This document shows positions 1 through 11,683 of a DNA stretch of 64,000 nucleotides, in pieces (positions within the stretch are counted from its first letter, which is position 1; each line of letters opens with the position of its first letter). The DNA is taken from NCBI RefSeq assembly GCF_963853765.1, contig NC_088857.1, positions 47,864,001-47,928,000 on the forward strand. The letters are read 5' to 3'. The notes beneath the pieces are model-generated. The model did not search any database and had not been told where the DNA came from. It saw only the letters and a program-made list of their open reading frames with translations. Source of the stretch: Magallana gigas. Lineage: Eukaryota. A program made the translations under genes and the position numbers.

Positions 1-1569
1 CTTTCATGTGCGACAATGTGACGTCATAAGAGCGAAATCAATTTTTCACTTTTTAATCTTGAAGAGAATAAGTTCTTGATTTATTATAATAAAACAATTA
101 TAGCTTTTGATCTTGGTCAATACATGGTTTTATAGACCTGATGAGAATATATACAGATATGTACGATAGCCGATAGCGACTGTCACTTTATAAATTACAC
201 AAATGTATTGTGTGTAACGTTGACAGCATTTTCACTGAAACTTTCCGACACATTACACCTCAAAAGTAAAAGTGTACAAAGTGTACAATGTCATTGCAAA
301 ATTCCATGTACACTCTACACCAATGTTATGTGCATAACGTGTCAGGAAATCTAAAGGTGGTGTCAAGTAACAATATGGAAAGTAATATTCTATTTTTTTC
401 TTTCTCTTCTCTCACATCGGTCCCCCTTTCCTATTTTAATTGGTTCATAAATCGTCGAACCTTAGTTTTAAGTTTACGTGTTTATTGGATTCACAGTAGC
501 TTATGCGACAGACTTGAAAATTCTTGAGAAAACTCTTAAAATGGAGCATGTAAGTTACTACATGTAATTTTTAAATGTTAAAATGTTTAGATTTTAAATA
601 TAATTAATTAGTATAATTTCCAAATTTATGCGGAATCGAAAACAAAGAGGGAAATTGCCTATTTTTTGTTTGTTTGTAGGTCTTCGTGCATTCCAATACG
701 TATTTCGGGGGATGATAATGAAACGATTGTTTGTAGGCAGAAAACTGTAGCAAAATGTGACTTTTACGGATTTTTTCGTCATGGTCTACTTGGTTTAGAG
801 CTTTTAGCGTGAAAAGTAATCCGTCAACATATAATTTATTTTACCAAATCTTTTTTCTAAGATGTCAATCTATAGAACAAACACCATGAATTTAAGTTTG
901 AGTCCATAAAATAGTAAAAAAAATTATCAAACGCGACACTAGCATTGCATTTTTTGTATTCTATTTTGATACATCAGGTCCATAAAGCGTACTTACTTAC
1001 AAAAACTTGCGCAAAATTATTGATGAGATATGGCTTAAATAAATATTTATACTCCATTTTGTATGTTCAGTTCTAATTTTCCCAAAATAGGTAATTATTT
1101 TTATGGAAAACGGACGTCTGGCAAATTTCATCATTGTCAATAATTTTCGCAAGGGGGTACACCTGTCTGAGAGGTGATAACAAACAAACTAGCATGTAAA
1201 CATGCATATTTTCTTTTGTATATGTATTGCTAGAATGTATATTTATCATTTAAAGCTAAGCTTTTAATGATTGAGCCCATTAAGTGCCGAGTATACGACT
1301 ACCTTAATTTATATGCATAATAATATCTACCCTATACTTGTCTACTTTATAAAATAAATTTGATTTTATATTTATGATAAAAATAACTCCTCATTTGATT
1401 GGATAGAAATGCGTGTAAATTGTACCTATGGTTTGCTTTGTCAATGTATTTTTGGATTCATCTCCAATGCATTTTTCATTTGCTGAAAAAAGGTAATAAA
1501 TTTCTATAGTCTATACATGTAAATAGACAAAAATATTGCTTTGCAAATTGTTTCAATTCATTAACTTAC

Positions 1570-1588
1570 CATGTGATCTTGTCGCCAT
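1570..1588 (-). CDS. Candidate first coding mini-exon (M-A-T-R-S-H-G) of a gene transcribed divergently from PDK
   Basis: Minus strand reads aaaATGGCG (good Kozak, ATG at 1588-1586) followed by a perfect G|GTAAGT donor (1569-1564). No downstream exons identified in the window. Confidence 0.3.
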
Positions 1589-3120
1589 TTTACTATGTCA
1601 CAGTCTGTTGTAAAACGCCCAAAGAGGCACCTAATTCAAAGAAACTCTTCCTGACACTTTACACACACAATGTTGATGTAGAGTATACATGGACTTTCGA
1701 TACGACCATGTACACTTTTACTTATAGTTGTAATGTGTCAGTAAGGTTTCAGTGAAACGTTGTACACGCTACACACAAAACGTTATAGTGTAGAGTATCG
1801 GCCATCGTAGATATGGCATGTAAAGATTTTAAGATAGCAGCTATAGATTAACAAATGTATTATGGTAATAAAAAAAACAAGTTTTTACATTACTACAAGG
1901 CATCATTTCTTGAATCTTTTAAAACATGTGCTCTGTACATTTTTTTATATTTGCAGATATTGTTTCCTATATTTAACAACGTGCATGGCTTTCTGGGATT
2001 GTGGGTTTTTTGTTGTTGTTGTTGTTGTTTGGTTGTTTTTTTTTTTTTTTGCTTTAAAAAAAGAACCTCATGAGGAAAATATAATGCCCAAATATTTCAA
2101 CTCATTTAAATTTTCTATAGCTTCTCCATTATGAAACGAACAATTCAAACAAACTGAAAACAGTCTTTTGCAGTAAAAGACTCAGGTGATGAGTAACGGT
2201 GTCACGATTTATAAACTGGAGATAACAATCTGATACATATATTGCATATACTTTTACGATTCATGAAACTTTAAGATCTATACGTGAATTGTAGTTTACA
2301 GATTTATCAGTAAAATCTATATGTATATGCATATTGCAAATAAAACAAATATAGTTTCAATCATAACGGTCTGTAAACGATATAGATTAATAAAACCGAT
2401 AAACCTAGCTAGTTTATCGACTGAAACTACATGTATTTTTAGCTCTTTTTTGTGAATTTGGCGTGCCAAGGTTGTCAGTTACTGTTATTTTTTTTTCTTC
2501 GAAATTACATCAAATTGATGATCAATATGTGACATCTGTAATAACTTTAGTTCTCTGTTGTTTAAATTTTGTATAGAAGAGTATATATATCTATAAAGAA
2601 CACCAGTAAGTTAAAATGAATCACGTGGTTAAGGATAACACATACATGTATACATGTATTCTGTTATATATCGATTTAATTATATAATACTTTGTTAAAT
2701 TATTGGTCGCCACCTGAAAAATACGAATTAAAATGGTAACGTTTTAAAAATTACGACTATTGCCTTGTTAATTATTTCCCAATAGAATTGGAGGTTGTTA
2801 TAATTAACTTTTCTATGATAGAATAAAACGTTAGACAAAGGCCTATTTTAGTTGTATGAGCACCCCTCCATACAATAGCGCTGTCATTCCTCATTTCAAA
2901 ATAAATGCTCCTCCTTGTGGACTTTGAACTCGACAGTTTAGAGAAATTTAAGTCGAAGAAAAAAATCGTTTCCCATTTTCTGATTTCTTTAATAATAAGT
3001 AGATCGATTAATTAAGAATGTATCTTCTAGGAAAATAATTAACGACTATTCAATTCCATACGACATCAAGTTTAATGCGGTTAAAAACGGTGTAAAAACT
3101 AGATTTTTCCACTCTGGAAT

Positions 3121-3137
3121 CCAATGGATCACGTGAC
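3121..3137 (+). promoter_or_regulatory. Putative promoter of PDK exon 1a: CCAAT box plus CACGTG E-box (TCACGTGAC)
   Basis: CCAAT at 3121-3125 and CACGTG at 3130-3135, about 80-90 bp upstream of the exon 1a ATG. Motif match only. Confidence 0.35.
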
Positions 3138-3214
3138 TTCTTGATCGGGGTCATGACATGTTGGTTTATTCTTCGTTCATTTTCATTGAGGAAAGCTTGT
3201 GAGACGGCATTAAT

Positions 3215-3317
3215 ATGATGATGAAGTTTCGGAAATTCCGATGTCTACTCCATGCAAGGCATCTTCATTCCAAATATGTGCCTGTGCCGTTGTCAATGCA
3301 ACAGTATTTGGAATTCG
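3215..3317 (+). CDS. PDK: PDK alternative first coding exon 1a (MMMKFRKFRCLLHARHLHSKYVPVPLSMQQYLEF-G), too short for the ORF track
   Basis: Arg/Lys-rich, acid-free presequence followed by YVPVPLSMQQYLEFG, matching the PDK N-terminal motif (human FSPSPLSMKQFLDFG). Phase-1 G|GTAAGT donor is compatible with exon 2. Confidence 0.85.
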
Positions 3318-3566
3318 GTAAGTTTTTATTTATAACCCTTATCTGATTATTATGAAAACACAGCTGGTTGAGACGTTCTATTTAGGTCGTTATAGGAACA
3401 ACGATTCTTGAATGAGAGTAGGATTGTGTTTATTTGGATTTTTATTTCTGTTTTGTTCTCTGTATCAATCTGAATCTTGATTGCGAAACAAAGGAGAAGT
3501 TGCATCGCATCGGCGAAATAAAATTGTTAACCTCAGTAGTGACGCCGGGAGGTGTGTCCTAAAAAG

Positions 3567-3608
3567 CCAATCGCATGCTTTATTCGGTTTATTTTCTCCA
3601 TGACGTAA
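3567..3608 (+). promoter_or_regulatory. Putative second promoter (for PDK exon 1b): CCAAT plus TGACGTAA (CRE/ATF-like)
   Basis: CCAAT at 3567-3571 and TGACGTAA at 3601-3608 in a CpG-richer patch between the two first exons. Motif match only. Confidence 0.3.
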
Positions 3609-4028
3609 TAGCTTGCAGTGGACTGGGGAAATTTTCAAAAAACCTATTGAACATTTCATGTTCTTCTGAAGGACGAGTGTCCAAGAACCAGTACAACTTT
3701 GGGTATCAATAAGATCTGGCGATGACCGGTTTTTTACTGACCGGAATAGACGAATGTTTACACACAGCAATGAAATATTGTAAAATAATTCAGGTATACA
3801 CATGTAGATAATGATTAAATTTGGGAAAGTTCTATAAGAACAAATAACTGATATACAAGATATGAAAAAAAAGAAAGAAGAAGAATACGACAGTCGTTGA
3901 ATCCACGCACCCATTGCTGTCATTAGCCGTGTCGTATATTTGTTATTGTTTGGCCTTCAGTCAAGCGAGACGCTAAACAAATCTAATATTAACTGTGCAT
4001 GTTTATACTGCATAAGAATAGTGTAGTA

Positions 4029-4149
4029 ATGTTAAGAGCAGGAGTTTTTAGGAAAATATTTGGAGGGGTCAGGTGGATGAGCCATGTTGGGTCATCCAAA
4101 CCCATGTACAGACCATCTCCTATGTCTCTCTCTGAACTCCTGCACTTTG
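4029..4149 (+). CDS. PDK: PDK alternative first coding exon 1b (MLRAGVFRKIFGGVRWMSHVGSSKPMYRPSPMSLSELLHF-G)
   Basis: Mitochondrial-presequence-like N-terminus plus YRPSPMSLSELLHFG motif. Phase-1 G|GTGAGT donor. Confidence 0.85.
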
Positions 4150-4544
4150 GTGAGTTTTACAGCTGTTTTGGGCTGTTTTGTTAATCTATGCATTTTTTGC
4201 ACACGTTTATTTCGAAAGTATTGTTGAGGCATCTGTTCACCAATCCACGTTGGCTGTTTTCTGTTTTATGAAGCCCAATTTGTTACTATTAAGGCAATAT
4301 TTTTTTTCAGTTTTATGTCCATGCAGAGCATGATTGCTTTTGATTTAAATTGTAAAAATTATTTATAGATAGAAAATGTTAATGCTATATCAATACAAGT
4401 ATAATAAAAATAAAATGAAAGTAGAAAAATGTACTGCATTATGCATCAGAATTATTCAAGTTCTTAAAGTATAAAAGTTCCATACACTACATGTACCATA
4501 TCATAGATCAGCTGTCAGTTTATTGAAATGATAAATATAAATGA

Positions 4545-4600
4545 TGGATCAGACTGGGATTGAACCTGGTCCCCTAAAATCTCTAGACTAGTCAGTGCTA
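4545..4600 (-). mobile_element. tRNA-derived SINE-like fragment
   Basis: Minus strand contains GGTTCAATCCCAGTCTGATCCA, a B-box/T-arm-like sequence. Not a complete cloverleaf. Confidence 0.3.
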
Positions 4601-4873
4601 GGTGCGCCTGTACTAGCAGCACTGTCTGCTCATAAGCGATAAGTTCATCTTGGCCATCTCAAATTGGAACTTAACATTAATCCCATTTTATCCCTTTCTT
4701 GAAATATTGAACTGAGACAATGATCACATAGCATTGTTATTTATTGCAGACTCATTAAACTGAGAGAAGTTTGATGTTATCAAGTAATGACCATCAAGAT
4801 ATTGATCGACTAGTAAGACTACAGTGTAAGATTTTCCTTAATCATGTTAATGTTTTCATAATAACACTTGCAG

Positions 4874-5012
4874 GGCAAAAGAAGTGTGAGAGGAAATCTT
4901 TTCAATTCTTGAACGATGAGATCCCTATCCGATTGGCCCACATTATGAGGGAGTTTGAAGATCTCCCAAAGGAACTACTGACCATGAAATCGGTTAAGCT
5001 TGTACGTAGCTG
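4874..5012 (+). CDS. PDK: PDK exon 2 (GQKKCERKSFQFLNDEIPIRLAHIMREFEDLPKELLTMKSVKLVRSW)
   Basis: ttgcag acceptor, GTAAGT donor. Matches PDK '[21 protein letters not shown]...SVQLVQSW'. Confidence 0.95.
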
Positions 5013-6826
5013 GTAAGTTGTCTATTATTCAGCCCTAGGACAACTGAGATAGCTGGTGTCATTGTAAAAATATGGGTACATGTACTTGTTATACTCGTTC
5101 AAATTTATAAAGTTTCTTATTCAGGTACTAAGCTGGCAAGTTATTCACACTGGACGCTGATATAGAGTGTCATTGTAAAATGTAAATATACTTGAATTAA
5201 CTGGTAAATAAGTATGATGGGTAACGACCTAAAAACTAATACGAGTTGAATAAACTTGGCAAAACCCCTAGAATTTGTTGTTTTGCCAAGTAAAGGTATC
5301 CTAGCTATCTGGATGTATCAGATGTACAAGACATGCAAGTACAGCAATGGAAGGGGCATTGTAAGAGCAACTCTATGTTTTGACGAGTTCATCTGTCACA
5401 ATATAAAGATACCTCAAATCTGTTTACCCATCACAAAATAAGTATACCTCAAATCTGTTTTGTTCTTCAATAAGTACTATATTTACATTTGAGAAAAGAT
5501 TTTGATAAGTAAAAAGTTTATGATATTAGTTAATAGACTTTGTAATTTAATTATGGTAATTTTAGATTTGACAGTGCTTTGTTAAAAATAAACTTTACAC
5601 TGAACTTGAGCATTATACTAGTACACACATATTCAACAAGAACATATTACTCTATGTATACGCCAGCACTGTAAACAGATTCTTGTAAACATGCTGATTC
5701 TGAAGCGTAGGCAGGTACGATAACAAACACTGCTACATATCTCAGCCTTATCATGATTTTCCTTGCCACGTTTTATTTTTAGAAAATGTGAGAAGAAAAT
5801 GTAAGGGTAAAAAAAGAAAATTGAGCTAAATCTTTAAAAACATTTTTCACTCAGCCTCAATTAACATCAAATTTTTTGGAGAGATAATAAGACTGCATGA
5901 TTGAAAAATGGCACACCAGTAATTTTTTTCTTGAAATGCATACATCTGATACATGCTCACACAGACAGTTGTCAAGAAATTTTTGGGCTGTATTTGTGTG
6001 GTCACTGATTGGTCTTGTATGAAGATTGAAGATACTTTAATTTTACAAAATATCAAGAAAAACGCACACACTCTCTAAACTTATAGTACCGGTATATACA
6101 ATTCCACTTTTAAGTAAAGTTTGACTAGGGGAAAGATTATTCTGATAAAAAAATTAAGTTACAAGAATTATGGATGGAAATTCTTCCTTTTCATTATCAT
6201 TCGTTAATGCATAGTATTGACAAAGGCATGCGTTGCATAATTTGAATGTCACATTGAGTTTATTTGGCAAGCTTTCAATTCTTACATGTTTCTTAAATAA
6301 CTAGCTCTGGTACATTTGTTATTCAGTGCTCGTTTGGTCAAAATTGATTCTCTCCTGCGTGAGCAAGAATATTGATTTTTCTTTATTGGTATTCATGTAA
6401 ACTTGAATTTAAATTGTATAATATAATTATGCAATGTGTGTTTTTTGTTCTTAAACTTTGAGAAGTATCGAAACTGTTCTCATCTAGCTTGTACTAATTT
6501 CTCCTTTATAATGCAAAATATCTCATTACCTCTGAACAATTTATAAAGAAAAGACTTGTTTCAGTTGTGCTTTATTATTCTGATTTAATTAAGATAAGGA
6601 TCAAATACAATAAAATTTGATTCAATAAGGGTTTTTTTGTGTTAAACATAAGATGTACTTTAGAAAATGCATAAACAGACTTGAACCTATTGGATTATTT
6701 CTTTTTTGGTAAATTTGATTAAAATGCTGAAAGTTAGGTCTTTTGTTGCACATACCAGTACATTACATGTATATAAGGAGATGAATGAAGCAACTCTATA
6801 TAAACCTATTGGAGATTTCTTTGTAG

Positions 6827-6898
6827 GTATGACTTGAGCTTCAAAGAAGTACAAGCATTTCAAGACAAGGACCCTGATGATAAAAAAGTCTTAACAGA
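6827..6898 (+). CDS. PDK: PDK exon 3 (YDLSFKEVQAFQDKDPDDKKVLTD)
   Basis: ttgtag acceptor, GTAAGC donor. Phase 2-2 fits both neighbours. Confidence 0.9.
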
Positions 6899-7279
6899 GT
6901 AAGCAAACTGTGTTCTTAATGATGGAAAAGAAACAACAGATTTATTAATCAACTTATAAATTAAAAGGAGTATTCCATATTTTTGAACTGTGCTGTATCT
7001 AGCTTTAAAAGTATCTGGAAAAGTCCTGGTTATCTTAGTATAGTAAAAATTTAAAGAAAGAGTCCTAGTGTAACATTTATTGAATGATTGTGATTAGAAT
7101 AGTCTCTGTTCTTTGTTATTTTAAAATCATTTTCATGTGTTGATGAGGTAGTTTTGGCACTGAATCAACAAATGAGGGTCGTATTTTATGAAAAATGCTT
7201 TAAAAATGTCATTACACAAACAGCAATTATTGATGGAGAAGTAAATTGTATCATGATGTAAAATTTTGTTATTTTACAG

Positions 7280-7343
7280 TTTCTCAAAAACCATCCAAGA
7301 CATTCTAAATCGTCATTCCTATGTAGTGGAAACAATGGCTCAG
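7280..7343 (+). CDS. PDK: PDK exon 4 (FSKTIQDILNRHSYVVETMAQ)
   Basis: ttacag acceptor, CAG|GTAAAC donor. Conserved RH...TMAQ. Confidence 0.95.
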
Positions 7344-7959
7344 GTAAACTGGTTTATTATTTTATAAAAGTAGGTCATTTTTGGTGAGGTCAAAATGAGA
7401 GGTGATAACATTGATGCCCTCATAGTGAACCATTATAAGCCTATTGAATGTTTGTTTATTATGACTAGTAAACAGACAAAAACTTGAGGAAGAAGATAGC
7501 AGGCTTTTATTTTAGGATTTTTAAAGCTGTTCAAAGAAATATGTCCTTGATTTCCAGCTGAAATGATGGATTAGATAAAAATGCTTAAAAAATTTGTACG
7601 TCAAATATCACATGTACTTAAAACCAATGCTGGTATTTGAACAAAATCCTAGGAAAATGCTATACCGATTAGTCAAGTTGAGCAGGAAGAAAAATTGTTA
7701 AACTACCGGTATATACAACCATTCACTGGTTGAGTGTTAGCCCCGATTATGTATATACTGTCTGATTAAACATTTAAAGATTAGCAGCTGTGTAGAAAGT
7801 AAATAAATTTTACAGTATTTAAATGAAATGTAAAGTTTGAGAAAGATTTTCCTGAAGCTTGTCAAGTTAATAGAAAATGTGATTGATCTGAGCTTCATTT
7901 TGGTATGGGCTCATTTCATCAAGATGTCCCTCTTTCCTAACAGTTGAAATACAGTGTTC

Positions 7960-8438
7960 ATGCAATATCTCACACAGTTAAATGCTTAAATCCCATACAC
8001 ATATTTCATTGTATTGATGAATCATTTATGGTTGCTTGTAATACAAACCTGGACATCCTATGCCATTATTTCATTCATTATTTGTTATAATCATGATATT
8101 ATTTTCTTTTAAAGTATGCAATATCTCACACAGTTAAATGCTTAAATCCAATACATATATTTCATTGTATTGATGAATCATTTATGGTTGCTTGTAATAC
8201 AAGCCTGGACATCCTATGCCATTATTTCATTCATTATTTGTTATAATCATGATATTATTTTGTTTTAAAGTATGCAATATCTTGCACAGTTAAATGCATA
8301 AATCCCAAATATATATTTCATTGTATTGATGAATCATTTTGCATATGGTTGCGTGTAATTCAAATCTGGACATCCTAGGTAATTTAATATTTCATGCATT
8401 ATTTGTTATAATTATGATATTATTCTGTTTTAAAGTAT
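7960..8438. repeat. Intronic tandem repeat, three copies of about 156 bp
   Basis: ATGCAATATCT unit starts at 7960, 8116 and 8272. Confidence 0.9.
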
Positions 8439-8974
8439 ATATGCCCCCTGGGGACCCTTGATTAAATAAATATACCCGGCAATACATATCAAGATAGATT
8501 AAATTAAGCCTTCTTTAAAGAAAATGTGACTGACCTCTTTGTGTCAATTTTATCATTTATAAGATATCACAAAAATATTTTCATTCAATGAAAAGCATGT
8601 GTATGGGCTAGCACACAGTATCACCCACATGTATATAGCTGTGGCAGTGAATTCATCTTCATTACCCTACAATACGGGTCGCAGCAGTAAAAAGCAAATG
8701 CGTTGTATCATTTTAATTGTGGACAACTGTAAATCAACTTTTATTTGCAACAACTTTATTTTGCCATTTAGCAGACATCAACTGTTTTTCGCAACCAAGC
8801 CTTATCTATAACCTTTATGTTATTACTCCCATAGGGCAAAGATTGGTTCCCACCAAGAAATATTTGAAATGATGATGCTCTCATGAATGTCTTTTTCCTG
8901 TACATGAATAACAGTTGGTTTACTGTATTTGGCATAGCTTTTATCATGCTTACTGGATGGATTTTAATCTACAG

Positions 8975-9095
8975 GGTGTTATAGAAATGGAGGATACTTA
9001 TGGAATGGATGATAAAATTTCAGAGAGGATACAGTATTTCTTGGACAGATTTTACATGAACCGAATCAGTATACGCATGCTTCTAACTCAGCATG
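8975..9095 (+). CDS. PDK: PDK exon 5 ([40 protein letters not shown])
   Basis: Hallmark [17 protein letters not shown] motif. AG/GT boundaries. Confidence 0.97.
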
Positions 9096-9346
9096 GTAGG
9101 TAGCCAAAGAGTGCCCAACAAGTTTTTAACATTGCGCCACAGTCTTTGATATTTTCAATCTCGCAGAAAGATCCTCACCACACTTTATTTTATTCATGGT
9201 TATCCATTTTGATATTTTTATGTATGAAGCCAGTCAACATTTTTAAACCTGAAGATAGTTAATTTACTATTTTTTAAAGAAGAAATATGCTGATAAATGT
9301 ATTCAAGTAGTACTGTTGACAACCTATTATCATTTTGTACCTTTAG

Positions 9347-9430
9347 CTGCATTGTTTGGAAACATTTCAAACCATCCTCGACGTATAGGGCATATTGATC
9401 CCAACTGTGATGTCATAGAATGTGTGTCAA
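9347..9430 (+). CDS. PDK: PDK exon 6 (ALFGNISNHPRRIGHIDPNCDVIECVS)
   Basis: IGxIDPNC motif. ctttag acceptor, GTAAGT donor. Confidence 0.95.
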
Positions 9431-9728
9431 GTAAGTACAAAGATTTACTTAGATGTGTTGTAATGAAATGTTTTATCTTAATGAACCTATCTATCTATAA
9501 AAGAACACATAATTATATACACACACACATTAGCAAAAACTGGCGATTTTTTTCCCATTAAGAGAATACATGTAATAAAAATTGATTCAGAAGTGTATTA
9601 AGGTGCCAATCCTAAAGAAATAAAAAAAAACCCCAGCTGTTAAGAGAAGTTCTAAAGCTAATATCTGATGTTGCATGTTTGTACAATGTTTGTTGCTGCA
9701 ATTGGATGGCCACCTGTTTTACTTGCAG

Positions 9729-9806
9729 ATGCTTTCAAAGCGGCAAGACATATCTGTGAACATTATCACATGCAGGCACCAGATCTGGACATTGTCACAG
9801 CTGAAG
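9729..9806 (+). CDS. PDK: PDK exon 7 (AFKAARHICEHYHMQAPDLDIVTAE)
   Basis: A(R)xLC..Y...P motif. ttgcag acceptor, GTATAC donor. Phase 1-1. Confidence 0.93.
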
Positions 9807-10158
9807 GTATACCACTCCTCAAAACATTTCTCTCTATGTATTATAAACTTATAGACTGAGGTTAAATGTCCCCAAAGACTGTATGTCAAGGGTGACAATA
9901 GTTTTGATTCGCTATGGGCAAAAAAAGCATAGTAAATATTTCACGTTACCTAGGTTAATTAGCAAGTTTATTTGTCATAATTTAACATAGTAAAAATGCA
10001 CAAGTACATTATAATAAACATGTTTAGATCTTTAATTAGTTTCTAGAAAAAAGAGATTTTTTTAATATTTTTTTTTCTTTGAGAATGTTTGAATGTTTTA
10101 ATTTTGTTTGTAAAACTGGTACACTGCTTAGTAGTTTTTGAATATTTTGATATTCCAG

Positions 10159-10226
10159 GTTCCAAAATCGTTGACTTTGTATATGTACCCAGTCATATAG
10201 AACATATATTATTTGAAGTTTTTAAG
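10159..10226 (+). CDS. PDK: PDK exon 8 (SKIVDFVYVPSHIEHILFEVFK)
   Basis: YVPSH...FE.FK, start of the N-box. AG/GT boundaries. Confidence 0.95.
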
Positions 10227-10366
10227 GTATGTACATTTTTAATAAATATTAGCATGATTAGCAACTGCATTAATAATTCTCAAATATATTTTATAGCAAA
10301 ATATCAATTTGTTCTTGAACAAGTTTGGCAGCTAACACCTTAATAAAATTGTTTGTATCTCTTCAG

Positions 10367-10465
10367 AATGCCATGAGAGCTGTTGTAGAGTTTCACAGAG
10401 ACAAAATGGAGCTGCCAAAACTAAAGATTATTGTAGCAAAAGGACAGCAAGATCTTACTATCAAG
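10367..10465 (+). CDS. PDK: PDK exon 9 (NAMRAVVEFHRDKMELPKLKIIVAKGQQDLTIK)
   Basis: GHKL N-box KNAMRA. cttcag acceptor, AAG|GTATTT donor. Confidence 0.95.
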
Positions 10466-10809
10466 GTATTTCAAAATTCTTAAACAGAGAAAACAACTAC
10501 TGATATTTCCTCACTTAATGCCTGAAATGTTTATGTTCAATCCAGATGAACTTAATGAAAAATGTTTGTATTTTATTATATGTGAAAAATGAAGCAGTAG
10601 GATCCAATAACTGAGGATCCATTAAATCATCCTAAAAATTGTGATATGTAGATGGTTTAGCTTCATGATTCTGTGTGAGAAATGAATTGTTATGGTTCTG
10701 TATGATATAGAAGCATGGTTTTTTTCATGGATCTGTGAGATATCTAAATACTTTTTAATCCACAGTTCTAAGTTATATGTCAAAAGGGGTTGATTCCAAT
10801 TTTAGTTTG

Positions 10810-11081
10810 TTACATGAATGGTTATGATATATGATACACTTTTCTGTGTGATTTATGAATGGTTTTGATACACTTTTCTGTGTGATATAAGCATTGTTTT
10901 GATACATGGTTCTTTGTGATACATGGTTTTGAAAACTGTTCTGTGTTGTGTATGGTTTTGATACAATTTTCTGTGTGATTTATGAATGGTTTTGATACAC
11001 TTTTCTGTGTGATATATATGCATTGTTTTGATACATGGTTCTCTGTGATACATGGTTTTGATACACTGTTCTGTGTTGTAG
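10810..11081. repeat. Degenerate intronic minisatellite (GGTTTTGATACAC-TTTTCTGTGTGAT motifs; higher-order repeat of about 120 bp)
   Basis: Repeated ggttttgatac and ctgtgtgat units running directly into the exon 10 acceptor. Confidence 0.85.
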
Positions 11082-11189
11082 CTGTGTGATCAAGGAGGAG
11101 GAGTTCCGTACAAGGTTCAAGACAAGCTGTTCCAGTACATGTACTCTACCGCGCCCCGCCCCCAGTACACAGGTCACGACTCACCACTG
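11082..11189 (+). CDS. PDK: PDK exon 10 (LCDQGGGVPYKVQDKLFQYMYSTAPRPQYTGHDSPL)
   Basis: G1 box DxGGG and YMYSTAP.P. CTG|GTAAGT donor. Confidence 0.97.
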
Positions 11190-11603
11190 GTAAGTCATCA
11201 GGGACATGGTGGTAAAGCCAGGCACCCACCCGCTAGTATGCAGGGGCAAATCCCCTTACCTGATCCAATCACTAACAACAAGCTTTAAAGCTTCAAAAGC
11301 TTTGACAATCTTAAAAAACATACATCCTTGTATGATTTGATATATCATGTAGGAGAGCATGCAAAATGGTAAATGCATGAAAAGAGCCAGTAGTTTGATT
11401 TGTTCCTTGCCCATTGTCAAATACAATAAGTTTTTCAGCTCCTGGTAAATATATATATATATGAAACTATGACCATGCAACACATATCTTTACCTACAAT
11501 GGAATGATGACCCACCTCTTATCTCCTAATGGAATGATAGTCCTGACGCTGACCTTGATTTCCTACATATCCACTGTGATCTGTACTGGTGGGGCAGTGA
11601 TTG

Positions 11604-11683
11604 TGGAATCAGATCAGTTTATATAGTAACCCAGTCTCTGCTATGGAATCAGATCAGTTTATATAGTAACCCAGTCTTTGCTA
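11604..11683. repeat. 40-bp direct tandem duplication
   Basis: TGGAATCAGATCAGTTTATATAGTAACCCAGTCT(C/T)TGCTA, two copies. Confidence 0.9.

Noticed and set aside
600-1253. Probable decayed TTAA-ended repeat near the window start
   Set aside because: Only the right end (…TATATTTATCATTTAA) is recognisable. No matching left terminus could be fixed by eye.
3465-3923. 152-aa minus-strand ORF overlapping the PDK first-exon region
   Set aside because: No recognisable domain. It lies antisense across the PDK intron/promoter and has random-looking composition.
10853-11177. Repetitive His/Lys/Thr-rich minus-strand ORFs
   Set aside because: Translation of the intronic minisatellite and antisense of PDK exon 10.
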